Origin: Desulfobacter sp.
GTDB lineage: Bacteria; Desulfobacterota; Desulfobacteria; Desulfobacterales; Desulfobacteraceae
DNA: 62,227 nt
Reading direction: 5' to 3'
Assembly (NCBI GenBank): GCA_030145005.1
Contig: JAQYWJ010000001.1
Coordinates: 1-62,227, forward strand
The stretch's first letter is position 1. Every line of letters begins with the position of its first letter. The position numbers and the translations under genes are program-made. This document shows positions 60,583 through 62,227 of this stretch, one piece after another. The notes under the pieces were generated by a model, which was not told where the DNA came from, did no database searches, and saw only the letters and a program-made list of their open reading frames with translations.

Positions 60583-61680
60583 CTAATTTTGAAAATGAAC
60601 CAACTTAATGCGATAAAAATATGCTTGATTATTATTATGACACGCAAATCCAATTCTTCCCGCTTCCGTAATAGAACTATCTTCCCCTTGCAACGCAAAA
60701 TTATTGTCGATGAATAAAGTAAACTTGGAATCTTTCACAATGAGTTTTACTTGATAATGTACATCCATATCGTAACCTTGGGTATCATCCAACCCAGGCG
60801 TATCAAGAAAGCTGAATACACCGTCTACTTTTTTGCCCATTAATCGATAGTTGTGACGCGAGGACATTAAAAAGTAATAAAAATTTTCTGTATTCCGGAA
60901 ACGAAAAACAAAACCGATACCATCGGAATCCCCGGACTCCAAGTCAGCACTCAGAATAAAATTCTGCACTAACGGCCGTTGAGCCGTCTGCTTAAGCAGT
61001 AGATACGTGCCGGCTTTATCCGGGGTGGGCAACAGGTCGCCGCCATGGATATCAGAGAGCTGTTCAATACGAAATTCATCGCCATTATACGTCCAGTTAG
61101 AACTCCCTCCATGCGTGACCAGAGGATCATCAGCAACATCAAACAAGTCCAAAGCGTTGTCATCAAAACCGGTATTAATGAGAAACCTGGCCCCGTCTTC
61201 ACTAAGGTCCAAATCGTAATCAAGGGGAATCTCGTCCATCACCCCTTCTGCAACATCAGGCAGTTTCACATATTCATAAAGCACGGAAAAGTTAACATCC
61301 TGCGCCGCAACCATATTACTTCCATGGCTTGTCGTTGTTACCGGACCAAGGTCATTGAGTACGATACGATAAAGCCCGTTTTGAGAAAGCGTCTGACGAT
61401 CCTGGGTTAGAAAAATCCCGGTGAGATTGTCAACAATATTACTAAGCTGATCTTCATCCGCAGCTTTTGCTGTTATTACCGCAACCGTCTTGATGCGCCT
61501 CCCATAAATGGCACCTTTGGGATCCTCGTTTACGGCGATAAATCCGCCCAGGCCGATGGGAGTAATCCGTATGGCAGAAAATACCAGTCTTGGTTCATGG
61601 GCAGAATCAGTTACCGGGGGCATCATCCCCTCCAGCAAACTCCTTAGGCTAACCAAGGCTTCATTACTTATGAGATCCAT
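60583..61680 (-). CDS. Putative tail terminator/cap protein with C-terminal ConA/thrombospondin-C-like domain
   Basis: First gene before the sheath; C-terminal DSDGIGFVFRFRNTENFYYF...GRIGF lectin-fold pattern. The cap role is inferred from position. Confidence 0.55.
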   Translation of the reverse strand: MDLISNEALVSLRSLLEGMMPPVTDSAHEPRLVFSAIRITPIGLGGFIAVNEDPKGAIYGRRIKTVAVITAKAADEDQLSNIVDNLTGIFLTQDRQTLSQNGLYRIVLNDLGPVTTTSHGSNMVAAQDVNFSVLYEYVKLPDVAEGVMDEIPLDYDLDLSEDGARFLINTGFDDNALDLFDVADDPLVTHGGSSNWTYNGDEFRIEQLSDIHGGDLLPTPDKAGTYLLLKQTAQRPLVQNFILSADLESGDSDGIGFVFRFRNTENFYYFLMSSRHNYRLMGKKVDGVFSFLDTPGLDDTQGYDMDVHYQVKLIVKDSKFTLFIDNNFALQGEDSSITEAGRIGFACHNNNQAYFYRIKLVHFQN

Positions 61681-61758
61681 CCGGCTCCCTCGTTCTGAGA
61701 TGCTTATGAGACAGAATATTTCAATAAAGATAGATAAGAACTTGCTTTTAAATTAGCA

Positions 61759-61774
61759 GGCAAAAAGCATACCT
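61759..61774 (-). promoter_or_regulatory. Putative sigma54 (-24/-12) promoter of the CIS operon
   Basis: Minus strand aGGtatgcttttTGCc = GG-N10-GC with TTGC, about 80 nt upstream of the first gene. Confidence 0.55.
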
Positions 61775-61962
61775 GTTTTTACACTCCCCCAGTAGCCCCA
61801 TTTAAGAGGGTTTTAGGTGTTTTGGGGTACTTTTTTATCAGTAAAAAATGTAATATTGTGTGAAATATTTTCCCTAATGATTTCCCACCGTTTTTCATAT
61901 AAATATCTATTTTTATATTTAAAATTCAAAATAGATCCCTATTACAAAAACTACATAGATAT

Positions 61963-62006
61963 GCCGGCCTGACCTGGTTTTTCACCATGGTTCAGCCCAC
62001 AACGAA
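61963..62006. repeat. REP-like palindrome, copy B (inverted relative to copy A)
   Basis: Shares CTGACCTGGT and TCA.CCCACAACGAA with the reverse complement of 40531-40579. Confidence 0.55.
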
Positions 62007-62016
62007 AGTTGAGAGA

Positions 62017-62042
62017 TCTGTGTAGGTTACACAGACTTTTTT
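62017..62042 (+). terminator. Terminator-like hairpin
   Basis: TCTGTGTA-ggt-TACACAGA followed by CTTTTTT. Confidence 0.4.
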
Positions 62043-62080
62043 ATATATAAAAAAAACGGTAAACAGATTATAGATAGTTA

Positions 62081-62221
62081 CCCTGAATGAAACGGTTTGT
62101 CAAGGTTTTCCCATCCGCTTGCACAAAGCCTGTAAATGATGTATAGATGCCCGGATTAAAATGGGCGGTATTATGTATAAAGACAGGGTGTTTGCAGAAA
62201 AACGGGCCACGATTACATCTT
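62081..62221 (+). repeat. Direct repeat copy 2: cmoA promoter plus 5' fragment
   Basis: 95% identical to 28682-28801 over 120 nt; offset 33,420 bp. Confidence 0.95.
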
Positions 62222-62227
62222 ACCCGG
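62161..62227 (+). pseudogene. Second cmoA 5' end (fragment or paralog; runs to window edge)
   Basis: MGGIMYKDRVFAEKRATITSYP versus MDGIMYKDRVFAEKRTTITPFR; diverges in the last ~6 nt. Confidence 0.55.

Larger units (their letters stand above)
29703..61680 (-). other. Headless contractile injection system (eCIS/tailocin-like) gene cluster, 18 co-oriented genes
   Basis: Sheath, tube, chaperone, tube initiator, hub, spike, PAAR, gp25 and baseplate J/I in phage-tail order with overlapping or abutting ORFs; no head, replication or integrase genes. Confidence 0.9.

Noticed and set aside
29703-61680. Prophage interpretation
   Set aside because: No capsid, portal, terminase, integrase, replication or lysis genes; all ORFs are intact and include PAAR and large enzymatic cargo.
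29703-61680. Type VI secretion system interpretation
   Set aside because: Single-chain sheath rather than TssB/TssC, and no TssJLM, TssK, TssA or ClpV.

Overview
The window has two halves and looks like a Desulfobacter-type deltaproteobacterial chromosome (inferred from gene content and order). Bases 1-29.5 kb are core genes: a partial B12-binding radical SAM gene, nitroreductase, rdgB, a lysS-lolE-lolD-bamA-skp-lpxD-lpxA-lpxI-lpxB envelope operon, a CNNM/hemolysin-family gene, a pheA-aroE-aroA-aroK operon with an unannotated Phe/Tyr-rich leader peptide and attenuator, a PaaI thioesterase, TolC, glgP, a DsbC-like protein, an unusual large LOG-family protein, an EEP nuclease/phosphatase and cmoA. 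Bases 29.7-61.7 kb are one tightly coupled 18-gene minus-strand operon encoding a headless contractile phage-tail-like injection system. It has a single sheath and tube, a chaperone, a tube initiator, a tape-measure-like protein, separate hub and spike, PAAR, gp25, and baseplate J and I. There is no capsid, terminase, integrase, lysis cassette, T6SS membrane complex or AAA+ ATPase. It carries two giant candidate effectors (NHL-propeller plus HEXXH protease; L,D-transpeptidase-like plus M15 peptidase plus glycosidase-like), a propeller-bearing baseplate subunit, and paralogous distal proteins, one with an HhH domain and a 29-heptad Phe-core coiled coil. A putative sigma54 promoter precedes the operon, and a 95%-identical copy of the cmoA promoter and 5' end brackets it on the right. 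All calls are from reading motifs by eye; no searches were run.
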